This document shows positions 1 through 9,465 of a stretch of 64,000 nt of DNA, piece after piece. The DNA lies in assembly GCA_038231135.1 (NCBI GenBank), contig JBBRLX010000002.1, positions 32,001 through 96,000 on the forward strand, written 5' to 3'. The notes beneath the pieces are model-generated. The model was given only the letters and a program-made list of their open reading frames with translations, did no database searches and was not told where the DNA came from. Origin of the DNA: Candidatus Eiseniibacteriota bacterium. Lineage in GTDB: Bacteria; Eisenbacteria; RBG-16-71-46. Both the position numbers and the translations under genes were made by a program. Every line of letters starts with the position of its first letter. The first letter of the stretch is position 1.

Positions 1-1
1 C

Positions 2-1045
2 AGCGAAGACGCGAGTGGCATCGGAAACCGGCATGAGTTTTCGTTGATCTGGGACGCACCACGCCGACGGATTCTCCTGTTTGGCGGTTACGATTATCAG
101 ACGAACGCTCGATTCAACGATGTCTGGGCCAACGCCGGGTCCGGTTGGTCTCCATTGAGCACCGCGGGAACGCCGCCGTCACCGCGCAGCAATCACAGCG
201 CGATCTTCGATGCTGCCGGGCAGCGCATGATCGTGTTTGGCGGCCAGACGGCCCCGAGCCCGGGAAGCGTGGTCTCCGACACATGGGCGCTCTCGCTCGC
301 AAGCACTCCTACCTGGACACGGCTATCCACCACCAACGACCCGTCGGCGCAATATCGGCACGCCGCGCTCTACGACGCTCAGCGCGGGAGCCTCGTCGTG
401 TTCGCGGGCCGGGACTCATTCGGCGCAGCCCAGGGACCGAGCGAGTTGCCCTTGAATGGCAGCCTCGCATGGCATTCTCTCGCGAGTAATCGGCCGAAGC
501 TCGTTCCATCGAACTTCGGGCCCGTGTTCGATGCGCTCCGGACCCGCTTCCTGGTTGCGGCCTCGGACACACTGTGGGTGACTTCACTGGGTGGGAAGCT
601 CGACTGGACGCCACTTCTCAGCGGTGACGCGAAGCTCAGTTTGCTGTACGCATTGGCTGCCGATGATCCGGTTCACGACCGTCTTGTCATCTTTGGCGGC
701 TATTATCCCGGCAACGCGGCGCGCTATTTGTATTTCGGTGCGGTGGCCGGAGTAGGGGATCCGGCACCCAGTGTGCAGGTTTCGCGTGCGCGTATCTCGG
801 TAATGCCGCAGCCATCACACGGAGCATTCTCGCTGTGGCTCTCGATGCCACGCCGTGATCGTGCGAGCTTCGAACTTCTGGACCTCGCCGGTCGGCGCAT
901 CGCGTCCGAGAAGCTCGGGACGCTGGAGGCCGGCGCGCATGTTGTGCACCTGGATCGCGGGATCGTTCAGAGAGCGGGGCTGTATTTCGTCAACGCACAC
1001 CTGGGTAGCGAGACCGTCACGGCACGCGTGGTGATCATTCAGTAG
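2..1045 (+). CDS. Kelch-repeat beta-propeller protein with C-terminal T9SS-type-A/FlgD-like sorting domain (5' partial)
   Basis: Repeated 'D..R.R...FGG...ND.W' kelch motifs. C-terminus 'PQPSHG...ELLDLAGRRI...AGLYFV...TARVVIIQ'. Frame is open back to the window edge. Confidence 0.8.
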   Translation, partial: SEDASGIGNRHEFSLIWDAPRRRILLFGGYDYQTNARFNDVWANAGSGWSPLSTAGTPPSPRSNHSAIFDAAGQRMIVFGGQTAPSPGSVVSDTWALSLASTPTWTRLSTTNDPSAQYRHAALYDAQRGSLVVFAGRDSFGAAQGPSELPLNGSLAWHSLASNRPKLVPSNFGPVFDALRTRFLVAASDTLWVTSLGGKLDWTPLLSGDAKLSLLYALAADDPVHDRLVIFGGYYPGNAARYLYFGAVAGVGDPAPSVQVSRARISVMPQPSHGAFSLWLSMPRRDRASFELLDLAGRRIASEKLGTLEAGAHVVHLDRGIVQRAGLYFVNAHLGSETVTARVVIIQ

Positions 1046-1147
1046 CGCATCGGCGTCAGACGGGATAGGTCTTCACCCCAAGGTACCGGGCCAGCCTCGC
1101 GTTCCCCCGCGCCGCAAACAGATCCGTCCGTGTCCACGGACATGAAT

Positions 1148-1181
1148 GAGCCCCACGAGGCGTCAACCTCATGGGGCTCTT
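1148..1181. terminator. Hairpin between convergent genes, probable bidirectional terminator
   Basis: gagccccacgagg-cgtcaa-cctcatggggctc: 13-bp stem with one mismatch. A second small hairpin (gtccgtg/cacggac) lies at 1126-1141. Confidence 0.55.
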
Positions 1182-1314
1182 CTGACTTCGTTGCCGCGCA
1201 ATGTCTTCGAGAGGCTTGAGCGAACTCAATCGTTCATGCCACGGCCGCCCAAGCCTATCGGCAGCTATGAAAAGGCAAAGCCGTCGCGGAGGCAGAACTC
1301 TAGTAACCAGGGGG

Positions 1315-1905
1315 CTACGGCTTCGCAAAGCGTGTCCAGAAGCTCAGCCCCACCGTCCCTACGTTCACCGCGACCGGGTTGGATTCGATCGCGTGGAACA
1401 TGCCTTCCAGGCGAAGACCGGCCGATGCGCCGAGCGGTACCGAGACGCCGACCGCGCCCAAGAACCCGGGCCAGAAGCGTGGGTCGGTGATGTAAACGGA
1501 CTCGTTGGTGGTGTCAAGGACCAGCTTCGGATCGACGAACTCCAGCGCGACGCCGAGCTTGAGATACGGCGAGATCGGCACGCGCAGCGGCGTAAGCATG
1601 GCTCGGATGCCGACCGCGGTCTCGGTGATGCGGACACCCTGACGTACGGCGAGATACCCAGGAAGCAGAACGGTCGTCTTGTCGCGCAGCACGTGATAGT
1701 TGACGTCCAGGAACAGCAGGTTCTGGTGTCCGACGGGCTGGTTCGCCGAGACGCCGACGTAAGTGCCGTCGCGCACCTCATGGGCGAGATCGCCGAGCGG
1801 CTTACTCCAGCCACTCTGGACGCTGATGGAGCGCGGCTCTGCGGACGCGAGCAGTGCCCCGGACAAGGACACGATCGCAGCGACGAGCACGATTCGAAAT
1901 TTCAT
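1315..1905 (-). CDS. Small outer-membrane beta-barrel protein (OmpA-like/porin family)
   Basis: Signal peptide, alternating amphipathic strands, 'ISPYLKLGV', terminal 'GTVGLSFW'. RBS GGAGG upstream. Confidence 0.7.
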   Translation of the reverse strand: MKFRIVLVAAIVSLSGALLASAEPRSISVQSGWSKPLGDLAHEVRDGTYVGVSANQPVGHQNLLFLDVNYHVLRDKTTVLLPGYLAVRQGVRITETAVGIRAMLTPLRVPISPYLKLGVALEFVDPKLVLDTTNESVYITDPRFWPGFLGAVGVSVPLGASAGLRLEGMFHAIESNPVAVNVGTVGLSFWTRFAKP

Positions 1906-1974
1906 GCGGCCTCCCGTGCTGCGGCAGCCGTAATACGAGGCAACGATTCCGCCGCATCAGTGTGCGTGGTCCGT

Positions 1975-2946
1975 CTACTCCCGCGGCGCGAATTCCTGGA
2001 TCCGTCCATTGCTCCGGACGGCGACGTAGAACGCGCCGTCCGGCCGGACGGCGATGCCTGTGGGGAGCGCTCCATAACCCTCGCGCTCGCGCAGCGGGAG
2101 ACAAGTCGTGAGGTACGCGCCGGTGCGTGTGAACGTCTGCACCCGCTCGTTCATGCTGTCGCCGACGTACACGGTGCCATGCGAGTCCACCGCCACGTCC
2201 ATCGGGTCGTAGAACTGCCCCGGTCCGTGACCATATCTGCCCCACGTCGAGACGAACGCGCCGTCTGATGTGAACTTCTGGACCCGGTCGACGATCTCAC
2301 CGAACAACCCTTCGCCGTCGACTACGTAAACGTACCCGCTGTCGTCCACCGCGACGCTGCACGGCCACTCGAACGATCCGTCTCCGCGACCGAGGCCCCC
2401 CCACTGCGAGAGGTACGCGCCGTCCGGACCGAACTTCTGCAGCCGCCGGTTCTGCGTGTCTGCGACATAGACGTTGCCGGATGCGTCGACAGCGATGCCA
2501 TCCGGCTCGCGGAATTGACCGTCGCCGGAGCCGAAGCTGCCCCATTGCGTCAGGTAGGTACCGTCGCTCGCGAACTTCTCGACGCGCTGGTTGTCAGCAT
2601 CGGCCACGTAAACCTTCCCGTCCGAGTCGATCGCGAGCTGCACCGGGGACCGGAACTGGCCGGACGCACTGCCGCTATCGCCCCACTGGAAGAGATAGCG
2701 ACCAGCCTCGTCGAACACCTGGATGCGGTGATTCCATGTGTCCGCCACGTACAGGCGGCCGCTCGGGCCGATCGCCACATCGGTCGGCCCCTGGAACTGT
2801 CCGTCGCCGGTACCGATTGCTCCCCAGGACCGTACGAGCGTGTAAGGCCCGAACTTCGGTACGACGATGAAGCTCTTCTTCGCGCAGGCGGAGAGAGCGG
2901 CGATGAGAGCGAAGCAGAAGGCAAGGAGCAGGAAGATGCGGCGCAT
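1975..2946 (-). CDS. NHL-repeat (6-bladed beta-propeller) lipoprotein
   Basis: Lipobox 'LSAC'; five to six 'WG..G.GDGQF..P..VAVD..G.VYVAD..N.R.QKF' repeats; RBS GGAGG. Confidence 0.9.
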   Translation of the reverse strand: MRRIFLLLAFCFALIAALSACAKKSFIVVPKFGPYTLVRSWGAIGTGDGQFQGPTDVAIGPSGRLYVADTWNHRIQVFDEAGRYLFQWGDSGSASGQFRSPVQLAIDSDGKVYVADADNQRVEKFASDGTYLTQWGSFGSGDGQFREPDGIAVDASGNVYVADTQNRRLQKFGPDGAYLSQWGGLGRGDGSFEWPCSVAVDDSGYVYVVDGEGLFGEIVDRVQKFTSDGAFVSTWGRYGHGPGQFYDPMDVAVDSHGTVYVGDSMNERVQTFTRTGAYLTTCLPLREREGYGALPTGIAVRPDGAFYVAVRSNGRIQEFAPRE

Positions 2947-3260
2947 GCAGCCTCCGACGGGTCGAATCGAGCCGGGGCGACTCCGGCTCCAGAACGCTAC
3001 CGCCGCGCCGCTACGGTGTCGAGCGGCGTCCTGACCTGTTCCTCCGACATTCGTCGTTCCCCTGTAGTGTGGTCGTCGCGCCTGATGGCCCTAAACCGCA
3101 TGACCGGCGAGTTCAGCGGATGACCACTGGGAGCGACAGCACCAGGTGCAATCGTGCATTCCAGGTTCTATGCTGTGAGCATCGTTGCCACGCATTCCCG
3201 AGAGCAAGCTGATATGACTTGTTCCACCGGCAATGATCGCCCCACCTTGGGAGTGGTTGC

Positions 3261-4424
3261 ATGAACCTGCAGGGCCGCCTCATCGCGATCTTCCTCGCCT
3301 CACTTCTGCCGTGCGTGCAGCGTCAGGCGTGGGCCGCGTCCATCTTCCCGGAGCCCCGGACCTCCGCGGCGGTCCTCGAGGTTGATCCCTCGGTTCGTTG
3401 TGCGGGTATGGGCGGTGCCGGCACGGCGGTGTTCTGGGGTGTTTCGCTGAATCCATGGGCCAATCCTGCACTGCTCGGGTACGCAGAGGGCGTGCGTTAC
3501 GAGCAAAGCGATGCGGAGTTCGGCCCCGGCGTGAAGTTGCGAGCGCGGGGTACGACGATCGGCTATGGCGGCCTGGGCTTAGGCACGACCGGCCGGCCCA
3601 TCGAAGGTCTGGGTAGGATCGACCTCGAGGCCACTGCGAGCCTTGACCAAGCATCACTCGGACTGATCGACCAGGCCAGATCGTGGAGCGCTGGGGCGAG
3701 CATCTCGCGGCTGCTCGAGACGCTCGCGCGCGGTTCTGGGCGGACGGCGCCTGCATTCACGCGGTTTGCCGACGTTGCGTTCGGCTACAGCGATAAGCGG
3801 GTCGAGGACGTGCTGTGGGTCAGCAGCCCCGGCGACAACAGCCGGATCGCCGAGCACACATTCGCTCGCGACCGCGGCGTGATGATACACGGGGGCGCCC
3901 CGCTACGCGTGCGGTGGCTTGGCCCGGCATGGATCGACGCTGCCTATGGCTATTCCGAGGTCAACTTCAACCAGCCGGCATTCGACGCCTTTGGCGTTAC
4001 GAGCCCGACCGCGAGAGATTGGCGCAACGGCGTGGCGCTGCACGCAACATTCGACGGCACGGCGCCGCTGCGGCGCCTGCCCCGATGGTTCGCGAGCGGC
4101 CTGGCGCCGTTCGTCTCGGCGGGCTGGGCCATGGACTTCATCCGGACCACGCAGGGTGAGGTCGGCCGCTCGCACGATGTGGACGGCTGGGGCGCGGAGC
4201 TCGGGATGGTGAACATCCTGGCCGTTCGCATGGGGCGGAGCGGGTCTTCGGCCAGCGGCTACGTCTCCCACACGTGGGGCGTGTCGTTCGGTCTACCGCT
4301 CGGGCGCTATGGCGGCGGCCGTTGGGACCACGCAAACGTGACGCGCGACGGACTCCCGGATTTGAAGCGCGACGGCTGGACCCTCTGGCTCGACCCGCTG
4401 GTCGTCTACCACGCCGTGCACTGA
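3261..4424 (+). CDS. PorV/FadL-like outer-membrane beta-barrel protein (divergent)
   Basis: Signal peptide followed by 'VLEVDPSVRCAGMGGAGTA...NPWANPALLG', matching the PorV/PorQ N-terminal 'L.I.P.AR..GMG....A...WNPA.L' motif. Beta-strand-rich body. Confidence 0.65.
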   Translation: MNLQGRLIAIFLASLLPCVQRQAWAASIFPEPRTSAAVLEVDPSVRCAGMGGAGTAVFWGVSLNPWANPALLGYAEGVRYEQSDAEFGPGVKLRARGTTIGYGGLGLGTTGRPIEGLGRIDLEATASLDQASLGLIDQARSWSAGASISRLLETLARGSGRTAPAFTRFADVAFGYSDKRVEDVLWVSSPGDNSRIAEHTFARDRGVMIHGGAPLRVRWLGPAWIDAAYGYSEVNFNQPAFDAFGVTSPTARDWRNGVALHATFDGTAPLRRLPRWFASGLAPFVSAGWAMDFIRTTQGEVGRSHDVDGWGAELGMVNILAVRMGRSGSSASGYVSHTWGVSFGLPLGRYGGGRWDHANVTRDGLPDLKRDGWTLWLDPLVVYHAVH

Positions 4425-4488
4425 GCCGTTGTGGGTTCGCGCCGCGAGGTTCACCCGCGCTCCGTCCGCAGGTCTCAACAGGAAATAC

Positions 4489-5079
4489 TCAGGGGGCAGT
4501 GTTGGGCACGAGGAGCATGTCCGGGACGGTTGTGGTATCGCCAGCCCCTGGCATCGTGAACGTCGTAGAGGTGTCACGGTAGGCCGTATGGAAGAAGAAG
4601 GCGCGCCACCGCCCCGGCGCGATGCCCCCGATCACAAAAGCGCCCGTGATGTCGCTTTCGCCTGCGGCCTCGGGAAAGGGTGTGCTGACGATAATGTTGG
4701 CATTCAAATTCGCGCCCAGCAGTCGTGCGTGCCCGCGAATGGCACCGGCGTTCAGAAGCCGCACGCCGGAGGTCGTGGATGGAGCGAACAAGGTCTCCGC
4801 CGCCGCCCAGGCGATACCGTGATTGACGGTAAGAACCCAGTCACCGGCCGTGACCTCGCCGAAATCGAAATGCCCGTTCGCGTCGGTCTCCATGAGCAGC
4901 CCAAGCGCGTAGGGGTTGGCGGGGTATTCAGCGCTGATGAGCGCTCCATGCGCAGGCAGTCCATCGGCGTCCAGAATGCTGCCGGCGAGCCGGCCCAAGC
5001 GAGGCCCCGTCGAGGGGCGATCAGGCGCACATGAAGCAAGCGTCACGAGCATCAGGCAAAGCGACAAAGCGCGAAGCAT
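4489..5079 (-). CDS. Lipoprotein with two carboxypeptidase-regulatory-like (prealbumin-like) domains
   Basis: Lipobox 'LASC'; 'G.L.G.I.DADG.P..GA....TDANG.F.F....G.W.L' and a second similar repeat. Start taken at the ATG of MLRAL. Confidence 0.7.
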   Translation of the reverse strand: MLRALSLCLMLVTLASCAPDRPSTGPRLGRLAGSILDADGLPAHGALISAEYPANPYALGLLMETDANGHFDFGEVTAGDWVLTVNHGIAWAAAETLFAPSTTSGVRLLNAGAIRGHARLLGANLNANIIVSTPFPEAAGESDITGAFVIGGIAPGRWRAFFFHTAYRDTSTTFTMPGAGDTTTVPDMLLVPNTAP

Positions 5080-5332
5080 CGAGGCGGTTCTCCAATTCCC
5101 GCGTCTCAGGTCGCGGGACCGCATGGCCGACCCCGCGGGACGCTCTCCCAGTCTAGATCCAGATCACTCCAAGGTCTAAGCGTCGCGCATTCGTAAGAGT
5201 CGTTGGGGCCCGGTCCCGGGACCCCGTCTGGCCCTGCTTGGAACGAGGTCCTGGCGGGACGACGAAGAGGCTTTCGCAACTCTGCTGCTTTCAACGAACC
5301 CAATTCGCGGGATTTCTCGCCCCCGTCCGGGA

Positions 5333-5360
5333 TCAAGGAGTCAAACCGTTGGGCCGATGA
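5333..5360 (+). promoter_or_regulatory. Putative sigma28 (FliA)-type promoter
   Basis: TCAAG-N15-GCCGATGA about 60 bp upstream of the GAF gene. The spacer is one base longer than canonical. Confidence 0.4.
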
Positions 5361-5422
5361 CTCTAGGAGGCTCTGCGCACGAGCCATTCTCATTGGCATG
5401 ACGAAGCCCGGAGAACAGCGAG

Positions 5423-5890
5423 ATGACAGCGGATGAATTGATCGCCAGGCTCGATAGTGCAAAGGGTGGTGACTTCGAGGTATTGCTGGAAATGGCGGTC
5501 CAGGGCCTCCACGACCTCGATCCGCGGTTTCACTGGACCGGCATCTACGAGCTTCATACCGACGACATGCTCCAGCTCGGTCCATTCGTGGGTGCGCCTA
5601 CGGACCATGTCTTCATCGGCGTTGGCGAGGGTGTGTGCGGAACGGCCGTGGCCGAACGATGCAACATGAATGTTCCGGACGTGAGCAAGGCCATCAACTA
5701 CCTGGCTTGCAGCAGCAACACGCGCTCCGAACTCGTCGTTCTCATCCGTTCTGGTGACACCATCTGGGCCCAGATCGATATCGACAGCCATGATCTCGCA
5801 GCGTTCGACCCTACGACCGAAGTGGTCGTGCAGCGGATAGCGGACTGGCTCGCGAATCGCTACGCGGCACGAGCGGCGCGGGCCGCGTAG
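5423..5890 (+). CDS. GAF-domain protein, free methionine-R-sulfoxide reductase (MsrC/fRMsr)-like
   Basis: 'WTGIY...LQLGPFVG...GEGVCGTA...VPDV...YLAC...RSELVV...IDIDS...AFD'. Confidence 0.8.
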   Translation: MTADELIARLDSAKGGDFEVLLEMAVQGLHDLDPRFHWTGIYELHTDDMLQLGPFVGAPTDHVFIGVGEGVCGTAVAERCNMNVPDVSKAINYLACSSNTRSELVVLIRSGDTIWAQIDIDSHDLAAFDPTTEVVVQRIADWLANRYAARAARAA

Positions 5891-5894
5891 AAAT

Positions 5895-6821
5895 ATGCTC
5901 GGCTCGGGAGAAGGACGCCTTGGGGCAGACCGGGTGTTTGCCGCGATCGAGCCCGTCATGGCGGCTCAGTCCTTCGAGACGGCCGTGATCGAGGCGGCGC
6001 GCCGGCTGAGCGAACTTGCCGGCCCGACCGTTCCCCTGGGACTCGTGATCATGCTCAAGGACGAGATCTTCCTCGAGTCCTGGTTCCCCGAAGAAACGGG
6101 CGTGCGTAGCGCGCTGCGCACCCACCTCCGCAGGTTTGCCATCGAGTCGGCTCGGCGGGGCGAGGGGGCGGTCGCATCGTTCCCGGCAAATGTCGGCAAC
6201 CCGCTTGAACCCAGAGTCCTCCTCCTTCCGCTCGGGGAGAGATTGACCGGCGTCCTCTGCTTCGCTCGTTCGCCGGCAGTGTCTGGAGATTGCGATGATG
6301 CCCTGCTCACGCAGGCGGCGAGCCTCATGGGCCAGAGACTCGCCACAATCCAGGACATCGAGGCGGAGCGCCGGAGAAGTGGGCAGTACGAGCGCTGGTT
6401 TCAGGCGAGCGTTCTACAGATCCGCACGCTCGACTGCGAGCGGCAGAAATTCGCAGCTCTGGCAAACACCATCGACGCTTCTGTGTTCGTCGCGGATCGA
6501 ACTGGAATTGTCCGGTGGTGTAGTCGTTCCGTGGTTGAGCGATCTTCTGGATCCAGCTCGAATGACTCATTCGTCGCACACCCCTGCCAGGAGCTGTGCC
6601 GCCAGATCGGCGGAGGCCATCTCCTTGCTTGCGGGCGGTGCCTCGTGGCTCGGGTGGTTGAAAGAGAGCCGGGAAGCCAACCGATCGTCTCGACCGCTGA
6701 CGTCGGCGGCCACATGGTTCGCATCACAGCCCGTCCCATCCGCAACGCCAAGGGTCGAGCCGAGGAAGTGATCGTCGTCCTCCAGGATCTGCTCTCCGCG
6801 AATGAGCAGCGGGTGGCCTGA
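5895..6821 (+). CDS. Sensor-like protein (GAF-like + coiled coil + Cys-rich PAS) without output domain
   Basis: 'VFVADRTGIVRW...HPCQELC...ACGRCLV...ITARPIRNAKG....VIVVLQD' PAS/PAC motifs. 4-bp gap after the GAF gene. Confidence 0.6.
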   Translation: MLGSGEGRLGADRVFAAIEPVMAAQSFETAVIEAARRLSELAGPTVPLGLVIMLKDEIFLESWFPEETGVRSALRTHLRRFAIESARRGEGAVASFPANVGNPLEPRVLLLPLGERLTGVLCFARSPAVSGDCDDALLTQAASLMGQRLATIQDIEAERRRSGQYERWFQASVLQIRTLDCERQKFAALANTIDASVFVADRTGIVRWCSRSVVERSSGSSSNDSFVAHPCQELCRQIGGGHLLACGRCLVARVVEREPGSQPIVSTADVGGHMVRITARPIRNAKGRAEEVIVVLQDLLSANEQRVA

Positions 6822-6858
6822 CCCTCGTCTCGCCACGGGACGCCGCCGGCCGCCGACG

Positions 6859-7875
6859 TCACCCCAGCGCTGCCGCATACCCCCACGCCCTGAACTGCTC
6901 CGGCAGCACGAACACCGTCAGGTCCGAGATGCGCCCGTCCACGCCGAGCGTCAGCACCGTCAGGCACACGGCGGTGTAGACGCCGTCGTGGCCGCGCACG
7001 TATGCCAGCGCCGCCGGCTGACCGTTCATGGGAGTCGACACGAGCCGGTAGCGACCCGGTCCAGGCTCGCCCTCCCACGTCGCCGGATGCCGAAACGCCG
7101 CCGCGAGCGCGTCGCGGCCCTTCAGCCAGAACATCCATGGCGGCATACTCATGATGGCGTCTTCGGCGAGCATCGAGACGAACGCGTCGAAGTCACCGGT
7201 CTCCCACGCGCGCACCAGACGCGCGAGCGCCTCGGCCTTGTCCTGGTCGAGGCTGGCGCTGCGGGGCGCCGGAGCATCGACGCTTGCGATGCCGGCACGT
7301 GCGCGCTGCAGCACGCTGTGGAACCCGGCGACGGTGGTATCCAGCACCGCCGCCACTTCCTTGGCGTGCCAGTCGAGCACATCGTGGAGAATGAGCGCCG
7401 CGCGTTGCCGGGGCGGCAACACCTGCAACGCCCGCATCAAGGCGAGCCGGACGCTCTCACGCAGCAGCAGCGCGGCCTCGGGATCGGCAGCGTCCGGTAG
7501 CAGCGCGTCCGGATAAGGCTCGAGCCATGCAATGTCGTGACGCGGTCCCATCGATGGCGGGCCGGGCTCAACCTGCGGACCTACGTCCTGAGGCAGCATG
7601 CGCCGCTTGCGCGTCCGCAGCATGTCGAGGCACGTGTTCGTCACGATCCGATACATCCAGGCGCGGAACGCGCCGCGCGGATCGTAGGACGCGAGGCCAC
7701 GCCACGCCTTGATCCGCGCCTCCTCCAGCGCGTCCTCCGCATCCTGGAAGCTGCCCAGCATACGGTAGGAATACACGTGCAATTCGCGGTTCAGCGGCTC
7801 GAGGAGCTCACCGAAGGCCGCCCCGTCGCCCATCCTGGCGGCGTCGATCCGCGATATTGGATTGATTTCGCTCAT
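6859..7875 (-). CDS. ECF sigma-70 factor with C-terminal SnoaL-like domain (SigG/ECF56-like)
   Basis: 'ELHVYSYRMLGSFQDAEDAL...FRAWMYRIVTNTCLD', 'WLEPYPD', 'LPPRQRAALILHDVL', C-terminal 'MPPW..W..GR...NGQPA'. Confidence 0.9.
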   Translation of the reverse strand: MSEINPISRIDAARMGDGAAFGELLEPLNRELHVYSYRMLGSFQDAEDALEEARIKAWRGLASYDPRGAFRAWMYRIVTNTCLDMLRTRKRRMLPQDVGPQVEPGPPSMGPRHDIAWLEPYPDALLPDAADPEAALLLRESVRLALMRALQVLPPRQRAALILHDVLDWHAKEVAAVLDTTVAGFHSVLQRARAGIASVDAPAPRSASLDQDKAEALARLVRAWETGDFDAFVSMLAEDAIMSMPPWMFWLKGRDALAAAFRHPATWEGEPGPGRYRLVSTPMNGQPAALAYVRGHDGVYTAVCLTVLTLGVDGRISDLTVFVLPEQFRAWGYAAALG

Positions 7876-8030
7876 GACCGATGAAATTTCCCTCCGGTGA
7901 CATTCATTGAGTAGACCGGATGGCACGCGGCGCCGCAAGCAGCGGCCGTCGTCGAACCTACGCGGGGGGCACGACGTTCCACTTCGTCAACGACGGCATT
8001 ATCGGGTCAGGAACCGGAATCTGTGACCGT

Positions 8031-8852
8031 TTAGAACTTCACGTTCATTCCCAGCATCGGTCCCGCGTCACCCGGCGTCACGGTCACACCGAACGGCGTG
8101 GAGTTGCCCCAGCGGGCGCGCAGGAAATCCTCGGTGCGGTCGGTGACCCAGTAGCCGACGGCGAAGCCGCCGATGACGTCGCTCAGCCAGTGCTCGTTGT
8201 CGCGCAGGCGCGACCAGCCGACGAGTGCCGCGGCGGGATAGGCTACGAACGGCACCCACGCGGCCTTCGTTTCACGGCTGAGCGCGGTGGCGGCGGCCAT
8301 CGAGATCGTGGCGTGCCCCGACGGGAACGACGCGTTGCCCGAGAACGGCTGGAAGCGGCTGGGATCGTTGGGCTCGTCGCGCGGCCGCGAACGGCCGACG
8401 ATCACCTTGGCTCCCAAGGCCACGACACCGGCGGCGACGAGCGAGATTCCCGAGCGCACGGCGGCGTGTCCGAGTTGCTCGTTGTGGAACAGCTTGCAGG
8501 CGCCCCATCCCAGCAACAGGGTGCCGCCCACGACCGTCGTGCTGCCGAGCGGACGCACGGCATCGGCGAGCCGCTTGCCTTTGCCGCTCGTGTTCGGAAA
8601 CGCGTCCTTGATCCGCTCGTCGAACGGAGCCGCGATCGCAACTCCGGCGAGCGTGCCGATGCCGAACCACAAGTCGCGGCGGGTGAGACCGGTCGGGCCG
8701 GGCGATTCCGAGCGGGCGTGTGCGGGGGTCTGGGCGAGGATGGTCTCTGCGGGGGGCAGTTGCAGTTCATCGGCGCGCGCCCGCTCCGCAGCCGCGGTCG
8801 CCGCCAGCGCGAGCACGACCGCCAGCGCCGCCACCCGCAGGGAGCGGATCAC
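8031..8852 (-). CDS. PAP2-family phosphatase with signal peptide
   Basis: Motifs KVIVGRSRP, SFPSGH, SRLRDNEHWLSD. GTG start inferred at VIRSLR. Confidence 0.85.
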   Translation of the reverse strand: MIRSLRVAALAVVLALAATAAAERARADELQLPPAETILAQTPAHARSESPGPTGLTRRDLWFGIGTLAGVAIAAPFDERIKDAFPNTSGKGKRLADAVRPLGSTTVVGGTLLLGWGACKLFHNEQLGHAAVRSGISLVAAGVVALGAKVIVGRSRPRDEPNDPSRFQPFSGNASFPSGHATISMAAATALSRETKAAWVPFVAYPAAALVGWSRLRDNEHWLSDVIGGFAVGYWVTDRTEDFLRARWGNSTPFGVTVTPGDAGPMLGMNVKF

Positions 8853-8893
8853 CTCGCCACCGGCGAACCCCCACAGGCCGCGGCGGATCGCAG

Positions 8894-9229
8894 TCAGCTC
8901 GAGCGGGAACCCTCGCTGGCCTCGCGCAGATTGCGCACGTCGATTTCCCAATCCACCCCGCGACGATCGTCGTGGGCGACGATGTGCCTCGGATCCGAGA
9001 TGTCCTCTTCGGTCAGCAGCAGATGCAGCTGCGAATTGCCGCGCAGAAACACCGTCACGTTGGGTCCCCAGAATTTCACCTCGACGTTGGGAATGGCACC
9101 GAAGTCGTCGTTGACGATGCTGGCGCTGAACCGAGGGCCGTCGATCGAACGACCGTGAAGCGAGGCGGCGGATGCCGCCACAGGCAGGATACAGACAACC
9201 AGCAGGGCGGCGGTAGCGGGTCGGAGCAT
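8894..9229 (-). CDS. Small secreted hypothetical protein
   Basis: Signal peptide (..ASA|A), RBS AAGGGAG, host-like codon usage, beta-rich mature part. Confidence 0.7.
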   Translation of the reverse strand: MLRPATAALLVVCILPVAASAASLHGRSIDGPRFSASIVNDDFGAIPNVEVKFWGPNVTVFLRGNSQLHLLLTEEDISDPRHIVAHDDRRGVDWEIDVRNLREASEGSRSS

Positions 9230-9465
9230 GACAGCTCCCTTTCATGCGCAGAGGTCCAGCCCGGTGCCCGACCACTTTATCACGCAGGGAACCGGCCCGG
9301 GGCGGCCATTCCCGTGACTGAAACCCGCATTCCCGGCCCAAATCCCACGGATGAAACCCGGACGACCCGGCCTGACATAGTAATAACATTGCACGCATGT
9401 GCCGATACAGGGTAGGAGACCCACCCCCCACATGTTTCTCCCTGGGCCGACCTCCGCGGAGCCAA

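Noticed and set aside
1056..1328. 90-aa minus-strand ORF with a protein-like C-terminus (..ARLARYLGVKTYPV)
   Set aside because: It spans terminator hairpins, has no RBS and matches no family I recognise. A short gene remnant cannot be excluded.
6859..7875. ECF sigma factor with no anti-sigma gene
   Set aside because: This is expected for SnoaL-extended ECFs (ECF41/ECF56 type), which are regulated by their own C-terminal domain, so it is not novel.
9389..9404. Sigma54-like GGCAC...TGC motif on the minus strand
   Set aside because: The GG-to-GC spacing is 9 nt, not the strictly required 10.
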